A DNA stretch of 64,000 nt from Dehalococcoidia bacterium (GCA_030611085.1 JAUWQI010000004.1:1731-65730); one strand, 5' to 3'. Counted from the first letter of the stretch, positions 26,805 through 36,149 are shown. The notes: generated by a model from the letters alone, not told the origin. Numbers and translations: made by a program.

Positions 26805-28544
26805 TTATTTCTGCCTTGTTGCCCACAATGGCGTTTTTTCGAAGGGCTCGCCGTTTAGCTTGGCTCGTAGGGTTCTCTCTAGCTCCTCTACGGGTACCCG
26901 AATTTGTGCCAGGCTATCCCTGTCCCGGATGGTAGCCTGATTGTCCTCCAGAGATTCAAAGTCTATGGTAACGCAGAAAGGAGTGCCAATTTCATCCTGC
27001 CTCCTATACCTTCGCCCTATGCTTTGAGAATCATCGTAGCAGGTCATAAAGTTGGGGCATAGTTGCTTATAAACCTCTTTGGATAGGGGAGCTAATTTTT
27101 CATTTCTAGAGAGGGGCAAAACCGCTACCTTCATGGGAGCCAGGGAAGGCTGAAGATGCAAAACTGCCCTCTTTTCTCCCTCAACCTCTTCTTCCGAGTA
27201 GGCATCGATGAGCAAAGCCAAAACAGTGCGGTCAACGCCAGCCGAGGGCTCGATAACATAAGGAATATACCTTTCGCCGCTCTCTCCATCAAAATAACTG
27301 AGGTCCTTGCCGCTATGTTTAGCATGTTGTGTTAAGTCGTAATCGCTCCGATTAGCTATACCTTCCAGCTCTGACCAACCCATTGGGAATAGATACTCGA
27401 TGTCATAACAATCTTTAGCATAATGGGCTAGTTCATCTTTGCCATGCTGACACAGGCGGAGGTTTTCCTTCTTCATGCCAAGTTTAATATACCACTCAAA
27501 CCTCTCCTTAACCCAGTAATCAAACCAGGCTTCATCAGTCCCTGGCTTAACAAAATACTCCAATTCCATGTGCTCAAATTCCCTGGTTCTAAAGATGAAG
27601 TTGCCCGGAGTGATTTCGTTGCGGAACGATTTGCCTATTTGGGCAATGCCCAGAGGCAATTTTTTTCGAGTGGTGGTAACCACATTTTCAAAATTAACAA
27701 ACATGCCCTGAGCTGTTTCGGGGCGAAGGTAAACAGTGCTTGCTTCCTCCTCCACAGGGCCCATGAAGGTTTTAAACATCAGATTAAACATGCGTGGCTC
27801 AGTTAACTCACCACCACAGGAAGGACAGTAATGCTTGGGGACTGTTTGAGTAACCTGCATGTTGGCGAAGTCGACAACTATTTCCACTGGCTCGAAGATA
27901 CCGTGTATATCATCGAAAACCAATTTTATGCTGGCACCGAGTCTACCCTCTACTACCTTAAACCCGACCACATACCCTTTTCCGCCTGGGTACAGCTGAC
28001 TGCCAACAAACAATGGGTATTTCTTTGATGCAGGCTTGACTGCCTCAAGAAGAATCTCTTTCGATAACGATTGGTTGAGTCTACCGCTACTTGTAAGTTC
28101 GGCTTGTTTTAGTGTTATGGCGCTACTTGGGGCGTCGATTGTTAAACCCTGCACAAACAGTTGGTCTCCGCTGGATGAGAACCAGCTTATCGGCTTGTCT
28201 AAGCTATGCAGGAGCTTGCGAGTGGAGCCTGCAATCTCGTCTAGTCTGAAGCGTGAGTGACAACGCTTACACTCCACCAAAGGGTCAGTAAAACTATCAA
28301 TATGGCCGCTAGCCTTCCAGACATCGGGATGCATCATAATACTGCTATCTATGCCCACCACATCATCCCGCTCCTGAACAATCGCCTTCCACCACGCATC
28401 CCTAACGTTGCGCTTAAGCTCCACCCCCATGGGGCCATAATCCCAGCAGCTACCCAATCCTCCATATATCTCGCTACTGGGGAAAACAAAGCCCCTCCGC
28501 TTACACAGAGAGACGATTTTCTCCATATTTATATTAGCTGCCAT
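26805..28544 (-). CDS. glyQS: glycine--tRNA ligase (alpha2 type) with large insertion
   Basis: [32 protein letters not shown] and FRNEITP are class II GlyRS motifs. It is 579 aa long. Confidence 0.9.
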   Translation of the reverse strand: MAANINMEKIVSLCKRRGFVFPSSEIYGGLGSCWDYGPMGVELKRNVRDAWWKAIVQERDDVVGIDSSIMMHPDVWKASGHIDSFTDPLVECKRCHSRFRLDEIAGSTRKLLHSLDKPISWFSSSGDQLFVQGLTIDAPSSAITLKQAELTSSGRLNQSLSKEILLEAVKPASKKYPLFVGSQLYPGGKGYVVGFKVVEGRLGASIKLVFDDIHGIFEPVEIVVDFANMQVTQTVPKHYCPSCGGELTEPRMFNLMFKTFMGPVEEEASTVYLRPETAQGMFVNFENVVTTTRKKLPLGIAQIGKSFRNEITPGNFIFRTREFEHMELEYFVKPGTDEAWFDYWVKERFEWYIKLGMKKENLRLCQHGKDELAHYAKDCYDIEYLFPMGWSELEGIANRSDYDLTQHAKHSGKDLSYFDGESGERYIPYVIEPSAGVDRTVLALLIDAYSEEEVEGEKRAVLHLQPSLAPMKVAVLPLSRNEKLAPLSKEVYKQLCPNFMTCYDDSQSIGRRYRRQDEIGTPFCVTIDFESLEDNQATIRDRDSLAQIRVPVEELERTLRAKLNGEPFEKTPLWATRQK

Positions 28545-28691
28545 TCTTAGTTTTCCTAGCTTATCAGCTTTATATACTCAGCGTCAAAGAAGGTGGTTGA
28601 ATATCAGGACCGCACTGTAGGGGATTAAAGGAGCGAATGGTGTAATGGGCCGCTAGAGCGTTGCCAGTTTGTAGGTAAGCAATTGGAATTT

Positions 28692-28720
28692 TTGACGTTT
28701 TGGTAGTGGGTGTTTATAAT
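28692..28720 (+). promoter_or_regulatory. sigma70-like promoter TTGACG-17-TATAAT
   Basis: ttgacg (28692-28697), a 17-nt spacer, tataat (28715-28720). It lies upstream of the 28866 operon. Confidence 0.5.
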
Positions 28721-28744
28721 GCATCAACATTCTTCACTGATGCA
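28720..28744 (+). promoter_or_regulatory. inverted repeat TGCATCA-N11-TGATGCA overlapping -10/TSS (putative operator)
   Basis: The two perfect 7-bp arms begin at the last base of the -10 hexamer. Confidence 0.4.
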
Positions 28745-28865
28745 AGCATCAATATATTCCTAAAAGGAGGTAAGAGAAAACGAGAAGAGCATTAATATGC
28801 AGGTTAAAAGAAAAAATTATATCGATGTGTAAAGATAGTTTGTTGTTAAAAGGAGGAATTTAGTA

Positions 28866-30308
28866 ATGGTAGGAATTACTTCTTATGGGGCATATATTCC
28901 CAGGCTGCGAATAAATCGCAAGGTCATTTCCTCAGCTATGGGATGGTTTAACCCTGGAGCGTTACCTGGTGAGAAAGCAACGGTAAATCATGATGAGGAT
29001 AGCCTTACCATGGCGGCAGCTGCAAGCATAGATTGTTTAAATGGGCTCGAACGGGGGAAAGTCGATGGCTTACACTTCGCTACCACTACTTCTTCCTATA
29101 AGGAGAGGCAGGGTGCAGGAATAATTGCTACTGCTCTCGACCTTCATTCTGATATCAGGACTGCTGACTTTACTGACTCCCTTAAGGCAGGAACTACAGC
29201 TCTTCTCTCTGCTTGTGATGCGATTAAGGCCGGGTCAACAAAAAATATGATAGTTTGTACCTCTGATTGCCGAGTGGCGAGGGCTGGCAGCTCTGAAGAA
29301 CAAATCTATGGAGATGGTGCTGCTGCTTTGCTCATCGGAGATACTAATGTAATTGCCACTGTAGAAGGGGCCTATTCTATTTCTTATGATTTTATGGGCC
29401 AATGGAGGACGGACAGTGATAAATTTACTCGAGGCTGGGAGGATAGATGGATTCGAGACGAGGGCTATATCAAAATGCTTCCCGAAGCTATCTCCGGACT
29501 GTTAAAGAAATATAAGCTGAATATTAAGGATTTTGCCAAGATAGTTTACCCTTGCCCCTATCCTAGAGAGCATGCCGCTATAGGGAAAATGCTAGGAGCT
29601 GAACCAGACCAACTTCAAGACACCATGCTTAGTTCAGTTGGCGATACTGGTACAGCTTGTCCATTAATGATGCTTGTAGCAGCACTTGAGGAGGCTAAGC
29701 CAGGTGACAAGATTCTCGTTGCTAGCTTTGGGAATGGGAGTGATGCTTTATTCCTTCAGGTAACTGAGGAAATAGAGAAGCTAGGTGAGAGAAGGGGAAT
29801 TAAAAAGCACCTTGCTCGTAGAAAAGAGCTAGATAGTTATGAAAAATATGTTTCTTTTTCCAATACGCTCGCGATAGAGAAAGGGCGGCGGGGTGAAGAT
29901 GTAGGTCCTACTCAAGTGACAACCCTGTGGAGAGAGCGCAAGTCGATTTTAGCTCTCAAAGGTTGTAAATGTAAACGTTGTGGCACTCCTCAGTATCCCT
30001 ATCAGAGGGTATGCGTGAAGCCTGGTTGTGGAGCTATTGATGAGATGGAAGAGTATAGTTTCTCTGATAAAAGAGGTGTCCTTTTCACTTATACTGGAGA
30101 CAATTTAGCTTTCTCCATGAATCCGCCAGAGATATATGGCATAGTGAATTTTGAGGGGGGTGGCAGGTATTGGTTTAACCTCACGGATTGCGAACTCGAT
30201 TCGCTCAAAGTAGGCACGCATGTGGAGATGAGCTTCCGCAGGAGATATATTCCTGAGGGACGGGGTATTTATGGATACTGCTGGAAAGCTGTCCCAGAAC
30301 TAACATAG
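28866..30308 (+). CDS. HMG-CoA synthase-like domain fused to DUF35 (Zn-ribbon/OB-fold) domain
   Basis: The N-terminus MVGITSYGAYIPRLRI resembles archaeal HMGCS. The C-terminus CKCKRCGTPQYP...VCVKPGCGA plus an OB segment is a DUF35 pattern. Confidence 0.7.
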   Translation: MVGITSYGAYIPRLRINRKVISSAMGWFNPGALPGEKATVNHDEDSLTMAAAASIDCLNGLERGKVDGLHFATTTSSYKERQGAGIIATALDLHSDIRTADFTDSLKAGTTALLSACDAIKAGSTKNMIVCTSDCRVARAGSSEEQIYGDGAAALLIGDTNVIATVEGAYSISYDFMGQWRTDSDKFTRGWEDRWIRDEGYIKMLPEAISGLLKKYKLNIKDFAKIVYPCPYPREHAAIGKMLGAEPDQLQDTMLSSVGDTGTACPLMMLVAALEEAKPGDKILVASFGNGSDALFLQVTEEIEKLGERRGIKKHLARRKELDSYEKYVSFSNTLAIEKGRRGEDVGPTQVTTLWRERKSILALKGCKCKRCGTPQYPYQRVCVKPGCGAIDEMEEYSFSDKRGVLFTYTGDNLAFSMNPPEIYGIVNFEGGGRYWFNLTDCELDSLKVGTHVEMSFRRRYIPEGRGIYGYCWKAVPELT

Positions 30309-30334
30309 TAGTTGGAATTGTAAAGGAGGGAAAG

Positions 30335-31537
30335 ATGCCAGAGGGTATAAAAGACAAGGTAGCAATTATTGGAATGGGATGCACGAAATTTGGAGAACGA
30401 TGGGATACGGGACCTGACGATTTAATTATTGAAGCGTTTACCGAATGTGTTGAGGATGCCGGAATAGAAAAGAAGGACATCGAGGCTGCTTGGTTTGGTA
30501 CCTGCTATGATGAACTTAATGTGGGGAAAAGCGGCATGCCTTTATCATATATACTGAAATTGCCTTTCTTACCCGTAACCAGGGTGGAGAATCTTTGCGC
30601 CACTGCTACGGAGGCTTTGAGGGGTGCTTGCTATGCGGTGGCAAGTGGAGCCTTTGATATAGTATTAGCCTTGGGCATGGATAAACTTAAAGATGCTGGT
30701 TATGGTGGTCTTCCTCATGTTGATATGGCTCTCGGGGGCACCACAAGGGGTATACTTACATGGCCAATCTTTACTGCACCTGGCGCCTTTGCCATGATGG
30801 CCACTAAATACTTTGCTCAATATGGCCTTAGCCCTGAGGAAGGCAAAAGGACATTAGCCAAGATATCATCAAAGAGCCACCATAATGGCACCCTGAGTCC
30901 TAAAGCTCACCTTCGCAGAGAAATATCTGTAGAAGCAATAATGAAGGCTCCCATGATTGCCTGGCCATTGGGCTTATTTGATTGTTGTGGAGTAAGCGAC
31001 GGAGCCTCGGCTGCTATTGTGACTCGAGCGGACATGGCAAAAAATTTCAGGTCTGACCCCGTTTATGTTAAAGCTCTTCAGATTGCTGAAAGCTCGGGAG
31101 AGGAAATGATGTATACTGACTGGGACAGCGCTCATGTGGAGACAACTTATCGTGCTGGTGTCAAAGCCTATCAAGAGGCAGGGGTGAAAAACCCACGGAA
31201 AGAGATAAGCATGATGGAGACCCATGATTGTTTCTCTATTACTGAGCTCACTGAATATGAAGATTTACAAATATCGCCTCGCGGAAGGGCTAAAGAGGAT
31301 GTCGATGCTGGATTTTTCAACCTGGATGGGCAAATTCCCAATGAGTCAGATGGCGGTTTAAAGTGCTTTGGCCATCCCGTTGGTGCCTCTGGGTTGCGGA
31401 TGGTATATGAGATGTATAAGCAACTTCAGGGTAAAGCTGGCCCAAGACAGATAAAGAATCCCAAACTGGGGCTCACCCACAATATGGGAGGTATCCCGCT
31501 TTTGAACATAGTTAGTGTTGCCATTGTGGGTCTTTAA
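30335..31537 (+). CDS. thiolase-fold protein (SCP-x/archaeal acetyl-CoA acetyltransferase type)
   Basis: RVENLCATATEAL (nucleophile Cys), GGLKCFGHPVGASGLRMV and NMGG. Confidence 0.8.
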   Translation: MPEGIKDKVAIIGMGCTKFGERWDTGPDDLIIEAFTECVEDAGIEKKDIEAAWFGTCYDELNVGKSGMPLSYILKLPFLPVTRVENLCATATEALRGACYAVASGAFDIVLALGMDKLKDAGYGGLPHVDMALGGTTRGILTWPIFTAPGAFAMMATKYFAQYGLSPEEGKRTLAKISSKSHHNGTLSPKAHLRREISVEAIMKAPMIAWPLGLFDCCGVSDGASAAIVTRADMAKNFRSDPVYVKALQIAESSGEEMMYTDWDSAHVETTYRAGVKAYQEAGVKNPRKEISMMETHDCFSITELTEYEDLQISPRGRAKEDVDAGFFNLDGQIPNESDGGLKCFGHPVGASGLRMVYEMYKQLQGKAGPRQIKNPKLGLTHNMGGIPLLNIVSVAIVGL

Positions 31538-31582
31538 TTTGCTTTCTCTTCTTATTACTAGAGTTGCTAGATGGCATTCGGC

Positions 31583-31612
31583 TTGCACATTTTTCTCGGA
31601 ATAGGCTATACT
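31583..31612 (+). promoter_or_regulatory. putative promoter of 5S rRNA (TTGCAC-18-TATACT)
   Basis: The hexamers are at 31583-31588 and 31607-31612, about 10 nt before the mature 5S 5' end. Confidence 0.45.
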
Positions 31613-31622
31613 AGCAACAGAG

Positions 31623-31744
31623 CTTCTTGGTGACTTTAGCGGAGTGGACCCACCCGTTCCCATCCCGAACACGGAAGTGAAACTCTCCAGCGCAGACGAT
31701 ACTTAAGGGGCGACTCTCTGGGAAAATATGTCGTTGCCAGGAAG
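31623..31744 (+). rRNA. rrf: 5S ribosomal RNA (stand-alone, no 23S upstream)
   Basis: cccacccgttcccatcccgaacacggaagtgaaac core. The terminal helix cttcttggtgac pairs with gttgccaggaag. Confidence 0.85.
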
Positions 31745-31746
31745 CT

Positions 31747-32943
31747 CTATTTCTCTTCATTCTTTAATTTCGATATGTGAATGGAGTTGGTTACTTCGAG
31801 GCTGCCATACTCCATGACTTTATCAACCAAGTCTTTGCTCCAGAGACTATTTTCGACAATGCGTGTGAGCGATGTTGTATCAAGCTGAGAAACCTCTGCC
31901 CATTTATTTGCCTCTTTAATTGTACTTTCCAGTTCCTGGCGCTCGGCATCATTCTTGCCCGGAAATTTTAGTTTTTCATCAAATCTGACCCTTGCTTTGC
32001 AATCGTTGCCTTTTATGACCTCAACCTCTTCTCGCCTGGCATAATCAAGCATTGCCTCTCTCACCTTTCCCATCTCGTCTTTTATCCTTGCCTCCTCATC
32101 TCTGAGAGCTACATACTTATTAACGAGTGCGACCCCTGGCTCATTGAGATACTCGTTTACCGGTAGAGTTTCTACCTTGACGAAATGCCTTCTCAGCGGG
32201 CAGAGGTCGGGATATTCGCACCAAGCACACAGTCCAGATTCTCTTGGAGGGAAATCCTGAGCCGACTCTATCTCATTAATCAAGCTCTTAGTATCTTGAA
32301 CTAAGTTTGAGATAGCTTCAGGGGTGCGGTAGGAAACCAGTTCCGTGTCGAAGGCAAGATAGTGCCAGATGAGCCTGATACTCTTAATATCTGGCCACTT
32401 CTTCTGGACTCCAATCTGGTATAAAGCAAGCTGCCTATCATTATCCGCTTGTTCTTGGCTGAGCAGATACGCTGAGGTTTTGTAATCATGAATTTCATAA
32501 ACATCATCTTCGGTTCGCGACAGTCGGTCTATATAGCCCGTCATCCTGTACTTATTCTCGTCATCCAAGGAGAAATTAAGCCCCATCTCGGTGCCTATGG
32601 TTATATCTGAGCCAAAGGGCGAATATCGCTTGTAGTAAGTTTCAATCAGCTTTTCGCCCAAAGCCCTGTAGTGCTCCTGCGTTAGCTCTTTCCTTGTGAT
32701 AACAATTGAGTCGTGCCAGTTCTCCCGCCAGATTTTGTTGTAGTAGGTGAGTAAATCGGGCAAGCTATTTACTTTGGTAAGCCTGACGTCGTCATAGCAC
32801 TTCTTCAAGGTCTCATGAACCATCGTGCCCAAGAAGCCCTCAACGCCTTCGATATCCCGCTTAATCCTGTCCCGATAGCGAAGCTTGTACTTCAAGGGAC
32901 ACTCCTTATACATACTTAGCTGCGAATGAGAATAGATCGGCAT
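31747..32943 (-). CDS. Cas4/RecB-like PD-(D/E)XK nuclease with Fe-S Cys pattern and ~130-aa C-terminal extension
   Basis: MPIYSHSQLSMYKECPLKYKLRY, IDRL...EIHDYKT (D..D/ExK) and CAWCEYPDLC. Confidence 0.7.
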   Translation of the reverse strand: MPIYSHSQLSMYKECPLKYKLRYRDRIKRDIEGVEGFLGTMVHETLKKCYDDVRLTKVNSLPDLLTYYNKIWRENWHDSIVITRKELTQEHYRALGEKLIETYYKRYSPFGSDITIGTEMGLNFSLDDENKYRMTGYIDRLSRTEDDVYEIHDYKTSAYLLSQEQADNDRQLALYQIGVQKKWPDIKSIRLIWHYLAFDTELVSYRTPEAISNLVQDTKSLINEIESAQDFPPRESGLCAWCEYPDLCPLRRHFVKVETLPVNEYLNEPGVALVNKYVALRDEEARIKDEMGKVREAMLDYARREEVEVIKGNDCKARVRFDEKLKFPGKNDAERQELESTIKEANKWAEVSQLDTTSLTRIVENSLWSKDLVDKVMEYGSLEVTNSIHISKLKNEEK

Positions 32944-32948
32944 AGTTA

Positions 32949-34127
32949 TTACTCACTATCGGTTTCTGACTCGTACACTTTCCTGAGTATTCCTTCAACG
33001 TCATCACGTGCCAAACCGGCTTTTTGCATATCTCTATAAGCCTGCTCACGACTAGAGCCACTTTGCTTCATGGCCTGCGCAGATTCGTAAGGATTTGTCC
33101 CGATGAATGCTTCAATATCCCGCCACCTAACGGGTTTTGGTCCGTATACTTGATCCAGAACCCTCTCAACGTTCTCCTGGTTTAGGCCAGCCCTCTGCAT
33201 TTTCTCATGAGTTTCTTTTCTAGTCAGATTACACTCCTGAAATCTCTTGGTAGCTCCCCAAGGATTGTTGACTATCTGACTTCTATTCGGAAATCCTTTG
33301 CAATACTCCGGCTTGTCTGTTTTCAGCTTGCACAAGTAACATTTCGGATCATCTCCTGTGCAAATCTCACCTTCATCCTCAGCGCAAAAATGCCAAATGT
33401 AGCTATCAACATACTTGCGTGGTTTCCCCAGAGCTTCTGCTATTGTTATCCCTGTTTTCCTGATATCTTCTGGCTTTCTGCTGGCCCTCACCTGAGCTCT
33501 ATTAAGGTTGATTCTATTGAGAAACGCAATTGTGTGGGTATCGGGTTTGAACTCATCGATACCTATATTGTTGAAAAACTCGCAACAGGTCGCTAGTCCC
33601 ACGCTGCGAAGCTTAAACGGGCTATTAGGGTCGGTGAAACATTTTATCAAAGGGGCGTCCGCAGGCCGGACATAGCACTTGCACAACGGGTCATAAGCTG
33701 CTGCAGGCAGATAGCTCTTGATGAGGGTACAGACAGACCCATGCGTAGACATAATCTGCTGGAACACTCTTGCATTATTGCGAATAGCAAGCAGTTCATC
33801 TTCAAGGAATCTTGCCTTCACCTTACTCTTGTACTGAGCGAATAGCTTTCCAATGTCGCTGTCGGTTAAAGCGGCGACGCTATTCACGTTGTAATTAAAT
33901 AAGCTGACTTTCAGAGCAGGCAAGATCTTTTTCACAGATGCCCAATTTGCCTGCCTTGTCAGAATAGCCCTGCATAATCCCTTAAATATATAGTTATCGT
34001 CTCCACGAAAGTCACTAGGGGATGTTCGAATATTTTTCAATACTTTAGGCTTTTCAACTTGCAATGTATCCCTGATCCTGTCTATTAACATCTCACAATC
34101 TGGTTTGGACAGAATATTAATATTCAT
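32949..34127 (-). CDS. Tag-like (3-methyladenine DNA glycosylase I fold) domain protein with Cys-rich and repeat C-terminus
   Basis: By-eye alignment to E. coli Tag: RQANWA vs QAGLSW, AIRNNARV vs IIGNARA, VGLATCCEF vs VGTTICYSF. Two C-terminal repeats MQ(R/K)AGL..(N/D)VE.(V/I)L. RBS aggagg. Confidence 0.45.
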   Translation of the reverse strand: MNINILSKPDCEMLIDRIRDTLQVEKPKVLKNIRTSPSDFRGDDNYIFKGLCRAILTRQANWASVKKILPALKVSLFNYNVNSVAALTDSDIGKLFAQYKSKVKARFLEDELLAIRNNARVFQQIMSTHGSVCTLIKSYLPAAAYDPLCKCYVRPADAPLIKCFTDPNSPFKLRSVGLATCCEFFNNIGIDEFKPDTHTIAFLNRINLNRAQVRASRKPEDIRKTGITIAEALGKPRKYVDSYIWHFCAEDEGEICTGDDPKCYLCKLKTDKPEYCKGFPNRSQIVNNPWGATKRFQECNLTRKETHEKMQRAGLNQENVERVLDQVYGPKPVRWRDIEAFIGTNPYESAQAMKQSGSSREQAYRDMQKAGLARDDVEGILRKVYESETDSE

Positions 34128-34136
34128 TTCTACCTC

Positions 34137-34457
34137 CTATTTTCTGCTGAATCTTCCAGTTCCATCTACCCTCTCCCTCAAAGCCTTCAGATTCACCACG
34201 TCTTCCTTGTTATATTCTAACAGCAAACTCAAGGCATCTTGGTCCCCATAATTCTGATATTTCCACCACAGCCATATTGCCGCCAGTCCGTCAACGCCCT
34301 GTAGCTGCCTGGAAATTCCCAATTGTTGCTCTACTGCCTTGAAGCCACCATAAAGATTATTCCTCCAGCAGTCATACATCAGGTCATGATGGCAAAACTC
34401 AGACTCAAGGTCTATTCCCAGAGAAGAATCAATGAAGGGAAGGTCGAATCGTTCAGT
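34137..34457 (-). pseudogene. 3' fragment of a second RNase H-like exonuclease gene copy
   Basis: Encodes ..FDLPFIDSSLGIDLESEFCHHDLMYDCWRNNLYGGFKAVEQQLG.., a paralog of the C-terminal ~105 aa of 35590-36081. It has no 5' half. Confidence 0.7.
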
Positions 34458-34636
34458 GTGTTTACCCCAGTAAACCTGAGGTCGTCATAGCACTTCTTCA
34501 AGGTCTCGTGAACCCTCGTGCCCAAGAAGCCCTCAACGCCTTCGATATCCCGCTTAATTCTGTCCCGATAGCGAAGCTTGTACTTCAAGGGACACTCCTT
34601 ATACATACTTAGCTGCGAATGAGAATAGATGGGCAT
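34458..34636 (-). pseudogene. 5' fragment of a second Cas4-like PD-(D/E)XK gene copy
   Basis: MPIYSHSQLSMYKECPLKYKLRYRDRIKRDIEGVEGFLGTRVHETLKKCYDD is nearly identical to the start of 31747-32943. It then runs into the exonuclease fragment out of frame. Confidence 0.75.
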
Positions 34637-34733
34637 CTTAACCTTTGTTAGTCTCCCTTCGGATTGTTTGTTGGCACCCTTGTTCTTTACCCTACTCCCT
34701 TTGCGTGTTTATTCACAGGCAGTTCTCACCGAG

Positions 34734-35555
34734 TTAATCCAAATTGTTTCTTGGTACTAGTCGGATATGCCACTTATCCAGCTCTTCTAAGAACCACTCG
34801 TAAAATGCTGTTGGATTTCCTATATAAGGAAGCCTTACACTCCGTTGTATCCAAGCATCATTTACTTCAGTCCGGTTCCCACCTTTATCTTTTACCCGTA
34901 GTCCTCCCCACCTATCCCGAAGCTTCTCTGTGAGCCTGTATTGCTTCCCCTTCCCACGTCGTTTACCAATGGGTATGCATTTTGTCAATCTTCCAGATTT
35001 CTCATCCTCACGCTTTCCAAAGACTATAATATCTGCGTCGTTATATTGCCCTCTTGTATGTGCATTCCTACCACGTTCCCCTTTGTTTACAAGGTCTTTC
35101 GCGGAAATTGGCTTACCATCTACAATGTAAAGACCGATGATAGCATAGACAAGTCGATCTTCCTCTGGTTCACGCTTAATAGGCTTAAGACCTGCATAAA
35201 AAGCCAATATGTCACCATCATTTAATTCACGAATGGGCTTGCCCCTGTGGTGAGTCTTCTTAGAAGAGAAATCACACCCATCAACATCACCATATGATAA
35301 TTCATAGAAGTCGGGGTCAAGGTGCACGTTCTTGCCCTTTAATTTGTCCGGCGGAAGGCGTTTCTCAAATTCCTCACAATCGCAATACTTATTGAACTCA
35401 TCGTAAGTCGTTCTATGCTCTGGACAAACTTGCCTGCCTTCTGGTATGGGAACGTAAACGAAATCATAAACGGGGTCAGTGGTATTGTTATTTACTGGAG
35501 CATTCCAGCCACCAGATGTTAAATCTATACCTACTCTAACCAGTAATGCGTGCAT
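34734..35555 (-). CDS. hypothetical 273-aa protein (possibly Nmad3-like nucleotide-modification-associated domain)
   Basis: MHALLVRVGIDLTSGGWNAP...VHLDPDF...GDILAFYAGL. It reminds me of the Nmad3 family, but this is from memory only. Strong RBS aaggagg. Confidence 0.4.
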   Translation of the reverse strand: MHALLVRVGIDLTSGGWNAPVNNNTTDPVYDFVYVPIPEGRQVCPEHRTTYDEFNKYCDCEEFEKRLPPDKLKGKNVHLDPDFYELSYGDVDGCDFSSKKTHHRGKPIRELNDGDILAFYAGLKPIKREPEEDRLVYAIIGLYIVDGKPISAKDLVNKGERGRNAHTRGQYNDADIIVFGKREDEKSGRLTKCIPIGKRRGKGKQYRLTEKLRDRWGGLRVKDKGGNRTEVNDAWIQRSVRLPYIGNPTAFYEWFLEELDKWHIRLVPRNNLD

Positions 35556-35589
35556 GTTTTCCTCCTTTCTTTAATATTGGGGTGCTGTT

Positions 35590-36081
35590 TCACTCCAGCC
35601 TCTCCCGCAAAACCTTCAGATTTACCACATCCTCTTCATTATACTTCAGCAGTGTAGTCAACGCATTTTGGTCACCTCCATTCTGGTATTTCCACCACAG
35701 CCATACCGCCCCCAATCCACCGACGCCCTGTAGCTGCCTGGGGATTCCTAGCTGTTGTTCTACTGCCTTGAAGCCGCCAAAAAGGTTATGCCCCCAACAG
35801 TCATACATCAGGTCGTGATGGCGAAATTCAGCCTCAAGGTCTATTCCCAGAGAAGAATCAATGAAAGGAAGGTCAAACCGCTTGCCGTTATAGGTATAGA
35901 TTGCATTTACGCCGTTGAGGGATTCGAGAAGATTCTCTCTGGTCACGGCTTCGCCCACTAATTGAATGAGCTTATCATCTTTGCTATTGCACAGATAAAT
36001 GCCGACTACGGTTATATAATCATAAAACCGAGATAAGCCAGTGGTCTCTATATCAAGGTATGCATCAGTCAATTGCTTCAT
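35590..36081 (-). CDS. RNase H-like (DEDD/YprB-type) 3'-5' exonuclease domain protein
   Basis: MKQLTDAYLDIETTGLS...YTYNGKRFDLPFI...HHDLMYD is the exonuclease motif I-III pattern. Confidence 0.7.
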   Translation of the reverse strand: MKQLTDAYLDIETTGLSRFYDYITVVGIYLCNSKDDKLIQLVGEAVTRENLLESLNGVNAIYTYNGKRFDLPFIDSSLGIDLEAEFRHHDLMYDCWGHNLFGGFKAVEQQLGIPRQLQGVGGLGAVWLWWKYQNGGDQNALTTLLKYNEEDVVNLKVLRERLE

Positions 36082-36117
36082 AGCTCGTGCCTTTAGATTG
36101 AAGTGTAGCACATACCA

Positions 36118-36149
36118 GTGACAGCTAGATTGTCACAAACTGCTATTTT
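36118..36149. promoter_or_regulatory. inverted-repeat operator-like motif GTGACA-N7-TGTCAC plus conserved tail
   Basis: gtgacagctagattgtcacaaactgctatttt lies upstream of the exonuclease operon. It is near-identical to 39047-39078. Confidence 0.55.

Noticed and set aside
28545-28700. A possible T-box leader upstream of glyQS (minus strand).
   Set aside because: I could not find the conserved T-box sequence (..GGTGG.ACCGCG..) or a specifier/terminator arrangement on the minus strand. The only GGTGG lies on the opposite strand.
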